64,000 bases of DNA from NCBI RefSeq assembly GCF_963921235.1, contig NC_086097.1, forward strand, positions 76,386,001 to 76,450,000, in the 5' to 3' direction. Below, piece after piece: positions 1 through 13,173 of this stretch; position 1 is the stretch's first letter, and every line of letters starts with the position of its first letter. Made by a program: the position numbers and the translations under genes. The notes beneath the pieces were generated by a model, which saw nothing but the letters and a program-made list of their open reading frames with translations, made no database searches and was not told the origin of the DNA. The DNA comes from Mobula hypostoma. Lineage: Eukaryota.

Positions 1-1544
1 AGAAAAAAAATTGAGAGCATATTATATCACTAATAAATAAGTTAAAAGTACACATTAGGATAAGGTAAAGCAAGCACTCACATATATTATCATAGCACCT
101 ATCCCACAGGGTAGATATCCCACTCAAACAATTAGTTTGGGACTGGCTTGCAGCAATTGGAAGATCAAATGTATGGCATCCAACTTGCACATGATGCTTC
201 TAACTTCTGCACATGCAAAAGTCAGAAGCATTATGAACTATAATCTGGCAGTTAATCAATAAGTGAAAGAGGCATCACACTCAGCCTTTCTGAACTTGAT
301 ATTTCTGCCTTTTAAAACTAGAAACAGAAAGGTAAGTCTTGTATTACAAACCATAGAAGATTTTTAATAATATTTATGCAGTAATTGCTAATGATTGCCT
401 ATTGCTTAGGCACAATTATTGATGTGGAGTCATATCCTTCCAGTATCAAATTTCCCAAAGGAATTTAAAAGAAAACATGTCACAAGTTTACTTTCTTACA
501 TACCCATTCATTCTTTTAATCAGTCTTTTTTTCACTCTCTGCACCTGATTAGATATTGAATTTATCCCTTTAATTCACTCACTTTTCAATCTTTCCTTCA
601 TTTACTTCCCAAACCTTAAATGGTTCTTAAACGACTTTGCACTGTTTACTCAGGCGCCAGATGTCTTGTTTCTCTCAATGCACTATCATCAATTTGCACT
701 AGAAGTTATATAGATCAGGATTCCAGTCTGTTCAATGTTTTAGAAAGATGTGATATCATAATAAAACAACTTTAGCTAGCCATGTCTTTACATGCATCTC
801 ATATAAATTTAAGTAGAATCAGCATGATTCAAAGTTTGCATCAATCTGATAACATAATTCAAATGCAATGAATAAAAGTAACCAGTGGGGTTTTTGGAAC
901 TTGTTTATAGAGAGGCCACCATGATCGATCCAGTGAAGTTGGTGTGGGAGTGCACAGGCACCATGAGACTGGCAGAGATATGAATCACGTCCTTCGGAAA
1001 CTACACTATTCTATAAACTACAGAAGTACCAATGAAAGACGGCATCTAATCTTTGCTGAAATGTTAGTTAGCAGTCTGGATTGATCCCAAAATGCTGCAA
1101 GCAATGTAAACACATTTACATTACTGGTAATGTCTGTTATAAGTAAAATTAATTAGAAATTTTTAAAATGGAGAAAATAAAATTAAATGGCCTTACAAAG
1201 CTAATTATATTCTCAAAATTCCTCAATGTTTCAGTTCTATGACATAATATGGCACAAACTGATTTTTGCAAATGCTTTTGATCATATTTGGAAGAAGCCC
1301 ACACAAGAACATTATTCAAGTTTGCCAATTCATTCATTAACCTAAATTTGGTGAAACTATTTAGACTCTATTCTGTTAAATATGCAAGCTTACAGGAAAA
1401 AAAGACCTCCGCGTATAGGTCTCCTTAAATATCAATATGACTGTCTGTGTGGAGCCCCAGGAAATGGGTAAGACTTTTAATGGATATTTCTCATCGGATT
1501 TACTGCAGAGAAGATCATGGAAGCCAGAGTACTGATGAAATTGA

Positions 1545-1900
1545 GTTCTGATGTCTTAGACCATACAAGTTTGCAGATAATACCACTATGGTGAGCCAAA
1601 TCTCAAATAATGGTAAGTCAGAGTACAGGAGGGCCTGGTGTCATATCTACGACCCCCATCTTCCTCTCAATGTCAGCAAAACAAAAGAGCTGGACTTTGG
1701 GAAGGGGGTGGTGCATATGCTCCTGTTTACATAAACAGTGCTAACATTGAGTGTGTTGAGAGCTTCAAATTCCTTGGAATGAGCATCACCATTAGCTATC
1801 TTGATCAAACCACATCAATGCATGGCTAAGAAAAGTCACCAGCAGCTCAATTCCTCAAGAGGCTGAATAAATTTAGTATGTCCTTTTAGATTCCCACCAA
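1545..1900 (+). mobile_element. Degenerate Rex1/Babar-type LINE RT fragment
   Basis: aagtttgcagataataccact (KFAD.T) and the ORF segment VESFKFLG. Confidence 0.65.
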
Positions 1901-1954
1901 GTTTATAGTCTATTTATTAGTATAATTTTATGATCTACAAGCCATTACAATTTA

Positions 1955-3805
1955 CATGTCCACCCTACATATGAATGACAGCGATGCCTCTCTTCCTGAT
2001 AGGCTGAATGCTTTCTATACATGATTTGATGTAATGAATGATGTGACATCAGGGAAAATCCTCTCTCCCTTGAGGAATAGACACGCTGTTTGACTGCAGC
2101 CGAGGAGAAGAGGATCCTAAACAGGGTAAACCCACGCAAAGCTGTGGGGTTGGACAACATACCTAGTCAGGTGCTAAGGGATTGTGCAGCTCAGCTAACA
2201 GAGGTCTTAAAGGATATCGTTAACATCTCTTTGCAACAGTTCACTGTTTCTGCAAGCTTCAAAGCAGCCACCATACCACTCATTTCTTGGCCTTTCACAC
2301 TGTCCCATCCTACCTAGAAACCAGGTTGTCATGGTAGCATAGCAGTTAGTGTGAGGCTATTGCGGTTCACGGTGTCAGAGTTCAATTCTGGTGTTCTCTG
2401 TAAGCAGGTTTGTACATTCCTTCCTGTATGCACGTGTTTCCCTACCATGGTCCAAAGACGTACCGGTTAGTAGGTTAATCGGTCATTGTAAATTGTCCTG
2501 TGTTTAGGCAAGGGTTAAATTGGTGCGTCGCTGGGTGACGCGGTTCAAAGCGCTGAAAGGCCTGTTCTACGCTGTATCTCTAAATAAAGTAAAGTAAATG
2601 AAATGATGCCTCATTCGCCAAGACGTTGTTCATCAATTTCAGCTTGGCGTTTAACACAAACATTCCTAGAGGCTAGAGTGTAATCCATCCTCATTGTGTA
2701 ATCAGTACCCCTCTTTGTAACTGGATCTTGGGCTTCTTGATGGTAAAATGCCAGTCAGTTTGAATTGGCAACAACATCTCAAACTCCATCATGCTGAGGA
2801 ATGGTGCACTCCAGTGTTGTGTGCCCAGCCTGCTATTGTTCATGCTGATTACCCACGACTGCACTGCCAGATTCAGCCCAAACCGCATCATCAGGTTCAC
2901 TGATGCTATTACAGTGGTTGGCCTCATCAGCAACAATGATGAGTTGGCTTACAGAGAAGAGGTAGAGAAGAGGTAGAGAGGCTTGTTAAATGGTGTGAGA
3001 ACAATATCCTGAGTTTCAATGTGGACAAGAGAAAAGAAATGATTGTGGACTTCAAAAAGGCATAGTATGGCCACTCTCCATTGCACATCAATGGCTTTGC
3101 AGTGGAGGGAGTGAAGAGCACCAAATTCCTTGGGGTGCACACAACGGATGATCTAACCTGGACCCACACCTCCTTACTCGTCAAGAAGGCACAGCAGCAT
3201 CTACAATTTCTGAGGTGATTGAAACATTCAAGGCTCCTCACCCCCCATTCTAACAACTTTCTGCAGGAGCCGCAGTGGGAGTATCCTTTCCGGCTGCATC
3301 ATTGTGTGGTGTACAAGCTGCAAGGCATCAGACTACAAGACCCTACAGAGGACACAGAGGACAGTAGCAGCCATCAAGAGGATCATTAGCTCTTCCTCCC
3401 GCACCCCACCCCAACAATTTCCGGGAGCCTCGCAGATAAAGGGCCCAAAGATTGCTACCACCCATTCCACAACTTCTTTGACCCACTACTGTCAGGAGGG
3501 AGGTACAGCAGCATCAGGATTAGGACTGCCAGACTGCTAACAACTTCTTCCCTTAAGCTGTGAGACTAAGGAATACCCTGCCACCACTGTGGTCTCATCA
3601 CTAGGACAGAAAGCTGCTTACCGCTTTCTGTAATGTTTCATGTTTACCTGTGCTACACACCACATGCATTTTGAATTATATTTTATGAACTTATTTAGGG
3701 TAATATTTTGTTTTATGTGTTGTGTGTGGTATATATATTGTGGGTGCACGTGGTCCAGAGTTGTACCATATGTACAGTAAGATGCCAATAAATTTGTACG
3801 TGAAT
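1955..3805 (+). mobile_element. Degenerate Rex1/Babar-type LINE (RT to 3' UTR), interrupted by a SINE
   Basis: ORF pieces RVNPRKAVGLDNIP..VLRDCAAQL and THDCTARFSPNRIIRFTD..TVVGLISNNDELAYREEV, with multiple frameshifts. Confidence 0.8.
2325..2600 (+). mobile_element. tRNA-derived V-SINE (HE1-like)
   Basis: tRNA-like head (ggtagcatagcagttag...gagttcaattc), core tccaaagacgtaccggttagtaggttaat.ggtcattgtaaattgtcc, CR1-like tail and (taaag)n end. Confidence 0.75.
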
Positions 3806-3809
3806 TTTT

Positions 3810-4320
3810 ATCAATGCACTATATACTGTATCTTATCTGGATGCATCACAACAACTGCTCTGTGTATGACCACAAGAAACTTCAGATTTGTGGACACAAC
3901 TCAGCACATCATGGAAATCAGCCTATTCATCCATGGACTCCATTTACACTTCTCACTCCTTGGTACAGCAGCCAGCATAATTAAAGGCAGCACTTCACTG
4001 TACGTTCTTCCTTATCCGCCATCTTATCAGGGAGAAGATACAAAAAACCTGAAAGCACATACTACAAGGCTCAAGGACAGCTTCTATAAGACTACTGAGT
4101 GAACCCCTAGCATGAAAAGATGGACTTCGTCACACACCCTACCTTCTTCATAGACTTGCACCTTATTGTCTGCCTGCAATGCACTCTCTGTACTGTAACA
4201 TTTTATTCTGCATTCCATTACGGTTTTACCTTGTACTACCTCAATGCACTACTGTGATGAAATTATGTGTATGGACAGTATTCAAAACAAACCTTTCACT
4301 GTGGCGACAATAATAAACCA
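3810..4320 (+). mobile_element. Degenerate Rex/Babar LINE 3' end
   Basis: ORF ends LKAHTTRLKDSFY. Its 3' UTR resembles 34100-34380 and 53385-53565. Confidence 0.65.
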
Positions 4321-4332
4321 ATATATAAATTA

Positions 4333-5335
4333 CCAAAGATGCTGCATTGACAGTCTTAAAGCATATAGTGTGCATGTGCCGGTCGTGCATGCAACCTGTT
4401 ACAGCCGTTCCAGACCAGTATTCTTACTTTTTTCTTCTTACTTTTTAACTTACATTATGTTTTGTATTTTTTTTTGCATGGTAACACGTTGAAGCTGCAC
4501 CCTCTCTAACATGCTGGTAGAGAGAGTTTTATTTGGGTTTTTAGCACTGGAAATAGTTACATTCCGACACGCCTCATTAGTGGGACAGAAGCGTGGTAGC
4601 ATTGTGTATTCCAGGGACCAGCTTATGCTGGCCGGTTTAGCGAGCAGAGCGGCGGACACCCCTGCTGAAATCTGGAGGAAAACACACAGAGGATGCAGAG
4701 GGGGATCACAAAGTCGAGGAAAGAGGACCGGGTCGAGACAACAGAGACTTATGGAGAAGAGCAGTTTGGTGGGTAATAAAATGGACGAGTTCACGGCGCT
4801 AGTCAGGCGTCAGAGAACATTTCGGGGGTGCAGTGTTATGTGTTTTACTGGAACGGGGCTGCATGAGGACATACCCGATCAAAACTTTTCCATGGATGGC
4901 TTCCAGACTGTTCAGGCTGACTGGAAGTGCACTGAGAGCAGTAAGCGTAAAGGAGTTGGGTGCTTACTGTTCTGGTCAACAACAGATGGTGCAATCCTGG
5001 TCATATTACGATCAAGGAACGCGTTTGTAGACCGGATATCGAACTTTTTGCTGTTGGACTTCGGCCATATTCCACCGAGATACAACACTGGGCGGCACAG
5101 GAGGTTGTTCCTGCCTGTGGCCATCGAACTTGCAGCTCCTCCCGTGGAGGGTCAGACACTCTGAGCCAATAGGCTGGTCCTGGACTTATTTTCCATCTGG
5201 CATAGTTTGTGTTTTGTTGTTTGATTGTTTGTGGTTTTTGTATTGCTATATTTATGCTCTATTCTTGGTTGGTGCGGCTGTAACGAAACCCAATTTCCCT
5301 CGGGATCAATAAAGTCTATCTATCTATCTATCTAT
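4333..5335 (+). mobile_element. Internally deleted Rex/Babar LINE retaining 5' endonuclease start and 3' end with (TCTA)n tail
   Basis: APE-like GNKMDE...CSVMCFTGTGLHEDIPD...DGF is joined at about 5070 to the C-terminal ttccaccgaga...cctgtggccatc sequence seen in the 14.5 kb and 46 kb copies. Confidence 0.8.
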
Positions 5336-5344
5336 TTATTAAGG

Positions 5345-6615
5345 TGGTTAATTACCAGGAACTGAAAAGTCCATTCTTGCACTTCATGGGGAGCTAGGGA
5401 AGACATTATGGAGGCCCTTGCAGATATATTTGTGTTATCTTAAGCCATGGGTGAAGTTCTGAAAGACTGGAGTGGAGCTCACGCTGTATCATTATTTAAA
5501 AAGGGCAGCAAAGGCAAGCCAGCTGAGCCTTATACCATGGTGGCTAATTTACTGGAGAGGAATCTGAGGGACAGGATTTATTTATTTACTGAGATACGGC
5601 GAGAAATTGGCCCCTGTGAGCCTTTGAGCCAAGCCGCCCAGCAACACACCTCCCACCCCCGATTTAACCCCAGCCTAATCATGGGACGATTTACAATGAC
5701 CAATTAACCTACCAACCGGTACGGCTTTGGACTGTGGGAGGAATCTTGAGGAAAGCCATGCAGTCACAGAGAGAACGTCCAAACTCCATACAAACAGTGG
5801 CGGGAACTGAACCCAGTCTCTGGTACTGTAAAGTGTTGTGTTCACCACTACGCTACCGTGCTACCCCAGTCAGTATTTGGATAGACAAGGACTGATCAGG
5901 GTAATCAGCATGGTTTTGTGCCGGGGAATCTGCTAAGGTTTTTCAAAGTGATAAAACTTATGAGCAAAGTCGTGGATGTTGATCAAATGGACTTCAGCAA
6001 GCCCATTGATAAGGTCCTGCATCGAAAGCTCATCTGAAAGATTACATTGCAAAGGCTCCAGTGAGAGCCAACTAAGTGGATACATAATTGGCTTGTTAGG
6101 ATGGAGAGGGATGATGGGTTTGGTAGACTGGCGAGTCTCTGTTCCCACTGATTCATTACACATATAAACAGTTTGAAGACGTGGCATAGTTAACACTTGA
6201 GAGGAATAGTTAGAGGCATAAGACATGCAGATAACACCAAAATCAGAAGCAGGTTTAATATCACTAGCATACGCTAAATAAACAAAGGTTATCAAAAATT
6301 ATAGGGGGTTCTCGATCAGCTAGGTAAGTGGGCTGAGAAATGGTAAATGGTATTCAATTCAAATACAGTAAGTGTTAAGTGTTGGATTTTGGAAGGTAAA
6401 CTAGGGTAGGAATTTTAAAGTGAAAGAAAGTTCCTAGGATAAGGAAATTATTCCTTGGAGTGGGCAGAGATATAATAACAAAATGTTTTAGACATCTGTA
6501 CAGGTAAATGGATAGGAAAAATTTACATGGATGTGTGCCTAACTTTGACAGGCATCTTAGCATGGATGAGATGGGGCAAAGGACCTGTTTTCATGCTGTA
6601 TTATCTATGACTGTA
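5345..6615 (+). mobile_element. Degenerate CR1 LINE fragment, interrupted by a V-SINE
   Basis: Remnants of EDW..A....LFKKG, cagcatggttttgtg and gacttcagcaag, plus a CR1 3' tail (gggcaaaggacctgtttt). Confidence 0.7.
5575..5867 (-). mobile_element. tRNA-derived V-SINE
   Basis: Reverse complement of the same core as 2325-2600 (tttacaatgaccaattaacctacc), with the tRNA head at the right end and a (ttta)n tail at the left. Confidence 0.75.
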
Positions 6616-7814
6616 TAATTTGAACTCTTTACATGCTTTAATGTTAAGGCTGATGTCAATATCAATGCTAAAGTTTCTTATTTATTTCCTACATGGGAGA
6701 TCAATGGACTCCGGTCATCTTATCAGAAGCAGTTCAGTATCCCAGCAATAGAATCATAGAGCCAGAATCTTTCCTTCCCCACTATTCTCACTCTTCATTT
6801 CCAAGGGGGTGATGCTCAGTTAACTTTATCCTCCACTCATGATCCCTGCAGCAAAGACAAGCAGTCAGCACAGGAGGAGGAATTAGAACCCAGGCCAGAG
6901 GAAGAGAATAAACATGCAGCAGGTTCACATCAGATCACTACAGAAACAGAATAAAGGAGAAAAACCAGGCTGTATAGTAACAGACACTAACCACTTCCTG
7001 GAGTAAGTGCTTTGGGAGCTGTCCAAGTCTCACGTTATATTAGGTAAAGCATGAGAAACTAATGATTTCATGCCTTTAGGAAAATATAAAATTTTGTTAA
7101 TTGACAAGTGGACTAATATTAAGAAAAATCTAATGCAGGGTCAGCGACCTTAACCATTAACTTCTTTACTCTGTTCACAGATGCTGCCTAACCTGCTGAA
7201 TATCTCAAGTCTTCTTTGCTTGAATCTCATATTTGCAGAATCCACAGGTTTTTTTTTGCTTCAGGAAAGAATATGTTGTCATCATATACTCAAGAAATGA
7301 GATAATCATTTACTTGCTGTTTTTTGAGGAGCTTAGAATGAGTTAAGGCAATGTGCACTTATATGGTACTAATACATTCAACCAGTGGCAATAGCTGTAT
7401 TACTATGGAGAGGAAAGAAAGTTGTCTTGTTTTCTGGGAGGAGACTGGTGGTTGACAGAATTGTCTAATGTTATAAGAAGAGGGGAAGAGAAATTGAGGC
7501 TGTGGTATCATAGATAGCTATGTTCCCTCAAAGCAAGTACAGTATTTAAGCAATGGCATGTGCTGCGATGTCTCACTTAAATGCTTTAAGAACTTCCTGT
7601 TACTTCTCTTCCATAATAACTGCATTCAGAAGTATATCCACTAGGATTTCCACACCTGCTCCTGACAACTGTTAACACCAAGTGGGACAAATTAGAACTT
7701 TCCTCATGGGTGACCTTATGTAAAACAAACAGGTGCCTAATAGAATAAAAATGAAAGACTTTAAAATACATTTCTTAGTTGCCAAATGCTGCAAAACAAG
7801 AATTGATTCTATTG

Positions 7815-8392
7815 TCAGGGTCAACCATGGATGTTGTGTTCTAGTTGTCTATGCAAGCTAGGGCTGTACAATGTGGAGAGCAAGCTGTTTCCCACACAGC
7901 TGACAAATCCAAAAGAACAGCATAGACCGATACAGTTTGGCACCAGAGGCATTGCAGGAGTTGCCACTCAGTGTTGAACTCAACATAGGACTGCCTGAGG
8001 GACTCAAGTTCCAAATTTTTTTCCCTTGGGGTTTACTTCCAAAACCTTCCCCATGAGTGAATATAGCCTCAAGGTAGCGGAGGCTTGAGATCAGAGTTTT
8101 CCTTCTCCTTGGTCAGCTGCCAGCGACACCCTGACATGCCCCATCTGCCTGAAATGACTGGTTTTAAGCCACCAGTAACCCACCTTTGCCCCTTCCCCTG
8201 TCAGTAGAAATGATTCTGCCAGGTTTAGGAGCTAAAGCCATACACGAGGGCCAGGAGGTGGACTTGTTTGTCAAAAGCTATTTAAGATGAACGCCATTGG
8301 GAGCATTTAATAGGTCACATGAGCTCATCCCCATGACACTTAACCCATCCCCCCTCCGCCTTCACCACCAGTTACGATAACCTTAAGGAACC
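7815..8392 (-). mobile_element. Non-coding interspersed repeat, probably RTE-related non-autonomous element
   Basis: GC-richer block with no ORF. Family assignment is from recollection only. Confidence 0.35.
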
Positions 8393-8754
8393 CAATTTTA
8401 ATGAAGCTAGCAGAAATATATAAAAAAAACAAGGTTAGCCAATCCCAGAGAAATCACTTAACACAACTCCTGAGATTCTACAGATTCCTCTTTCTTACAA
8501 ATGGCTGCCATCCAAGCTGTATCTCCTTCATTAGACCCTGTGTTATTGGAGATACAGAAACCAGTTCCAAAGACTTAAAGAACTCCTGCTTTAAAATCAG
8601 GAACAGTTGTGGGTCACAGGGCTAACATTCCTATCCACTATACTTCTTCCTGCTCTGTCACTTCTGTGCATTTTCAACCCACAACAAGCAAATGCAGATT
8701 AAAAGTAAACTTATTCAGTTACTTTAATGAAATCCAAGATGATACAATGAAATT

Positions 8755-9410
8755 CACAGAATCATAGAAATCTGCAGCACATTACAGGTCCTTCAGTCCG
8801 CAATGTTGTGCCGACCACATAACCTTTTCTAGAAACTGCCTAGAATTAACCTACTGCATATCCCTTTATTTTTCTAAGTCCCTATCTAAAAGTCTCTTAA
8901 AAGACCCTATTGTATCCGCCTCTACCACTGTCACTATCAGTGCCTTCTAAACACCCACCACTCTCTGTGTAAGACATTTACCTCTGACATCCCCTTTGTA
9001 CCTACTTCCAAGCACCTTAAATCTATGCCCCCTCGTGTTAGCCACTTCAACCCTGGGAAAAAGCCTCTGGCTATCCACATGATCAATGCCTCTCATCATC
9101 GTATATACCTCTATCAGGTCACTTCTCATCCTCCATCACTCCAAGGAGAAAAGACCAAGTTCACTGAACTGATTCTTGTAAGGCATGCTCTCCAATCCAG
9201 GCAACATCCTTGTAAATCTCCTCTACACTCTCTCTATAGTATCCACATCCTTCCTGTAGTGAGGTAACCAGAACTGAACACAGTCCTCCAAGTGGGGTCT
9301 TACTAAGGGCTTATATAGCTTTAACATTACCTTATGGCTCTTGAACTCAATCCCACAGTTGATGAAGGCCATCACACCATATGCCTTTTTAACAACACTA
9401 TCAACCTGCA
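8755..9410 (-). mobile_element. CR1 LINE 3' fragment
   Basis: VVKKAYG..AFI..GIEFKS...LYKPLVRPHLEDCVQFW and MRSDLIEVY. Confidence 0.85.
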
Positions 9411-12014
9411 TCTTGATCCAATTTAAAACCTTATACAGTGGATTGGTTTCATCTGTTGAATACGAAATATACATTTGGAGTTATGGAATGAAATCCCACA
9501 TGCAGTGTTATATTGCTCTTCATACTTCAACTTCACAATGCTATTAAAATGCAGATGTTATTATTATGTAATTTTAGATGTTTGAGTTTTATTACTTTTT
9601 TGTTGTTGGCATATTACTCAGTAAAAATTCATGGTTTTAACAGACTTACCAGGTTATTTCTGAAGGATACAAAATGGTTATCTGTCAACATATCAACTAA
9701 AAGATCTAAAAATTCTTGAAAAGCCAAAAAGCTACAGATACTGAAAATCTGAAATAAAAACCAAAAATATGCTGGAAATGCCCAGCACACCAGGCAGTAT
9801 CTATGAAAAGAGAATCAGTATTAGCATTTCAACTCAATGACACTTCATTGGATCTGACTTCTTTTTTCCAGGTGCTGGAAACTGAAGTGAAGGCTATTTT
9901 TTCAATTATGCATTGAAAGGTTCATTCAATCATCAGAAGCAAAACATCTGTATCTGTTTTCCACATTTATGGCCATACTTATGTTCGAAAGTATCAGATG
10001 TACTTGATTTTCAATCCTTTTAACTTCTGAAAAAAAAATATTCAGCATATTGTGAGGTTAGGAGGGGCATCTAAGGGTGTATATAGCAGAAGACCATGTG
10101 ACATAGGAGCAGAAGTAGGCCATTTGGCCCATCGAGTCTGCTCCTCCATTCAATAATGGCTGATTCTTTTTTCCCCTCCTCAGCCCCACTCTCTGGCCTT
10201 CTCCCCTTTCGATGCCGTGTCCTATCAAGCTCGGCCCTAAATGCACCCAACAATCTGGCCTTCACAGCTGCCTGTGGTAATAAATTCCACAAATTCACCT
10301 CCCTCTGGCTAAAGAAGTTTCTCTGCATCTCTGTTTTAAATGGATACCCCTTTATCCTGAGGTTGTGCTCTCCCACCATGGGAAACATCCTTTCCACATC
10401 TACTCTGCCCAGGCCTTTCAACATTCAAAAGGTTTGAATAAGATTCCCCCCATCCTTCTAAATTCCAGCGAGTATAGACCCAGAACTATCAAACATTCCT
10501 TGTATGATAACCCTTTCATTCCTGGAATCATCCTTGTGAATCTCCTCTGGACCCTCTCCAATGCCAGCACATCTTTTCTTAGATGAGGACCCCAAAACTG
10601 TTCACAATACTCCAGGTGATGCCTCACGAGTGCCTTATAAAGCCTCAGCATCACATCCCTGCTCTGTATTCCAGACCTTTTGAAATGAATGCTAACATTG
10701 CATTTGCCTTCTTTACCACTGATTCAACCTGCAAGTTAACCTTTAGGGTGTTCTGCACAAGGATTCTTAAGTCCCTTTGCATCTCGTATTTTTGGATTTT
10801 CTCCATTTAGAAAATTGTCTGTATATTTATTTCTTTACCAAAGTGCATAACCCTGCATTTCCAACATTGTATTTAATTTGCCATCTTCTTGCCCACTCTC
10901 CTAATCTGTCTAAATCCTTCTGCAGCCTACCTGTTTTCTCAATGCTACCTGCCCCTTCACCAATCTTCGTATCATCTGCAAATTTGGCAACAGAATAATC
11001 TATTCCATCATCTAAATCATTGATGTAGAGCATAACAAAATGCGGACCCAACACTGACCCCTGCGGAAGATCAATAGTCATTGGCAGCCAACCAGACACA
11101 GGTCCTTTTATTCCCACCCGCTGCCTCCTACCAATCAGTTAATTCTCCAACCATGCCGGTAACTTTCCTGTAATACCATGGGCTCTTAACTTGGTAAGCA
11201 GCTTCATGTGTGGCACCTTGTCAAAGGCCTTCTGAAAGTCCAAATATACAACATCTGCTACATTCCCCTTAACTATCCTACTTGTAATCTCCTCAAATAA
11301 TTCCAACAGGTTTGTCAGGCAAGATTTTCTCTCAAGGAAACCACGCTGATTTTGTCCTATCTTGTCCTGTGTCACCAAGTACTCCATAACCTCATCCTTA
11401 GCAATTGACTCCAACATCTTCCCACCTCTGAGGTCAAGCTAAGTAACTGGTCTATAATTTCCTTTCTGTTGCCTTCCTCCTTTCTTGAAGAGTGGAGTGA
11501 CATTTGTAATTTTCCAGACCTCAGGCACCATGCCAGAATCCAATGATTTTTGAAAAGTCATTTCTAATGTCTCCACAATTTCTACTGCTACGTCTTTCAG
11601 AAACCTAGGGTGCAGTTCATCTGGTCTGGGTGACTTGTGTATCCTTAGGTCTTACAGCTTTTTGAGCACCTTCTCCCTTGTAATAGTAACTGCACCCACT
11701 TCTCTTCCCTCACACCCTTCAACATCTGGCACACTGCTGGTGTCTTCCACAGTGAAAACGGATGGAAGTACTCATTTAGTTCATCTGCCATTATTATTTC
11801 TCTGGCCTCATTTTCTTGCGGGGCTATATCCACTCACATTTCTCTTTTATTTTTTACATACTTGAAAAAGCTCTTACTAGCCACTTTAATATTGCCTGCT
11901 AGCTTGCTTTCATATTTCATCTTTTCCCTCTTAATGATTATTTTATCTGCTCTCGGTAGGTATTTTAAAAGCCTCCCAATCATCTATTTTCCCGCTAATT
12001 TTTGCTTTGTTGTG

Positions 12015-13173
12015 TGTAACACTACTGCTATGCTGTAGGTATTTCATTTTTAGCAGATCTGTAAGAGCAATCTATTCTATTTTCAGCCTGTTTGGGTTTG
12101 AGCTGAGAAAAGGGGCCTTGTTGTTCAATTTCAGAATGTGGTGTCAGCCATTCAGGATGGTGGAACTGAGAAGAGGTTCCAGAGAGTTTTTAGATAGATA
12201 GATAGATAGATAGACATACTTTATTGATCCCGAGGGAAATTGGGTTTCGTTGCACCAAATGAGAATAGAGTATAAATATAACAATATAAAATCATGAATA
12301 ATTAAATAATAATATGTAAATTATGCCAGTTGGAAATGAGTCCAGGACCAGCCTATTGGCTCAGGGTGTCTGATCCTCCAAGGGAGGAGTTGTAAAGTTT
12401 GATGGCCACAGGCAGGAATGACTTCCTAAGACGCTCCGTGTTGCATCTCGGTGGAATGAGTATCTGGCTGAATGTACTCCTGTGCCCAACCAGTACATTA
12501 TGTAGTGGATGGGAGACATTGTCCGAGATGGCATTCAACTTGGACAGCATCCTCTTTTCAGACACCACCGTCAGAGAGGGACGCAGGTGAGGGACACTGG
12601 TTGGGTCAAGGATGTTGTTGGCGGTAGCTGGGAGAAGACAGGAGGAAAGATGGTTGAGGAAGCCGTCCCTGTTGCACAAGGTGATTTCTGCAGATGAATG
12701 GCTTCAAGGAGGAAGAACCAATACTCCCATGGGAGAGCCCATTTGTTTTGAGTGACATTCAGAAGGTGCAGTGTGTATATTGAAAACAATGGCTTCTGGG
12801 AGATTGGTGGCCCACCATACTTATGTGACTGCTTAAATATAATGGGCCCTTTTTGTTTTATCCTTTCCTTTCTTTAATAACTGATTGCTTAAGTTAACAT
12901 TCTGAAATATGCTTCTCTATAAACATATGCAGTGTACAATCTGTTATTTTTTGCTGACAGTCAATTGCCAGCGGCAGTAAATCACACAGCATTCAAACTG
13001 GGTTTTAGGTGGGAGAGACATCCCAACCTCACGGACTAGGTGGGACCAAAGTAGTATACACCCTAGACATAAGAAGCCTGAGAAAGGTCGGTTTCTTGCC
13101 ATGAGCCCAGTGGCTGTTAGCGAGGGGCTAACAGGCTGCATTTCCAGAGACACCCAGTAAATACAGGGTTTCA
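12015..13173. mobile_element. Solo-LTR-like insertion within the CR1
   Basis: TGTAAC...GTTTCA termini. The CR1 reads contiguously across it (tttgctttgttg | tattccctctc). No clean TSD was seen. Confidence 0.55.
12191..12578 (-). mobile_element. Young 5'-truncated Rex/Babar LINE with (TCTA)n tail
   Basis: ORF end SLTVVSEKRMLSKL...KSFLPVAIKLYNSSLGGSDTLSQ is nearly identical to the 14.5 kb and 46 kb copies. (TAGA)n lies at 12191-12214. Confidence 0.88.

Noticed and set aside
7900..8390. Possible HDV-like ribozyme in this repeat
   Set aside because: Could not assign P1, P2, P3 and J4/2 in the required order.
12191..12214. (TAGA)n and other short tandem arrays as CRISPR-like or independent features
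   Set aside because: LINE tails or simple microsatellites with no spacers, in a eukaryotic context.
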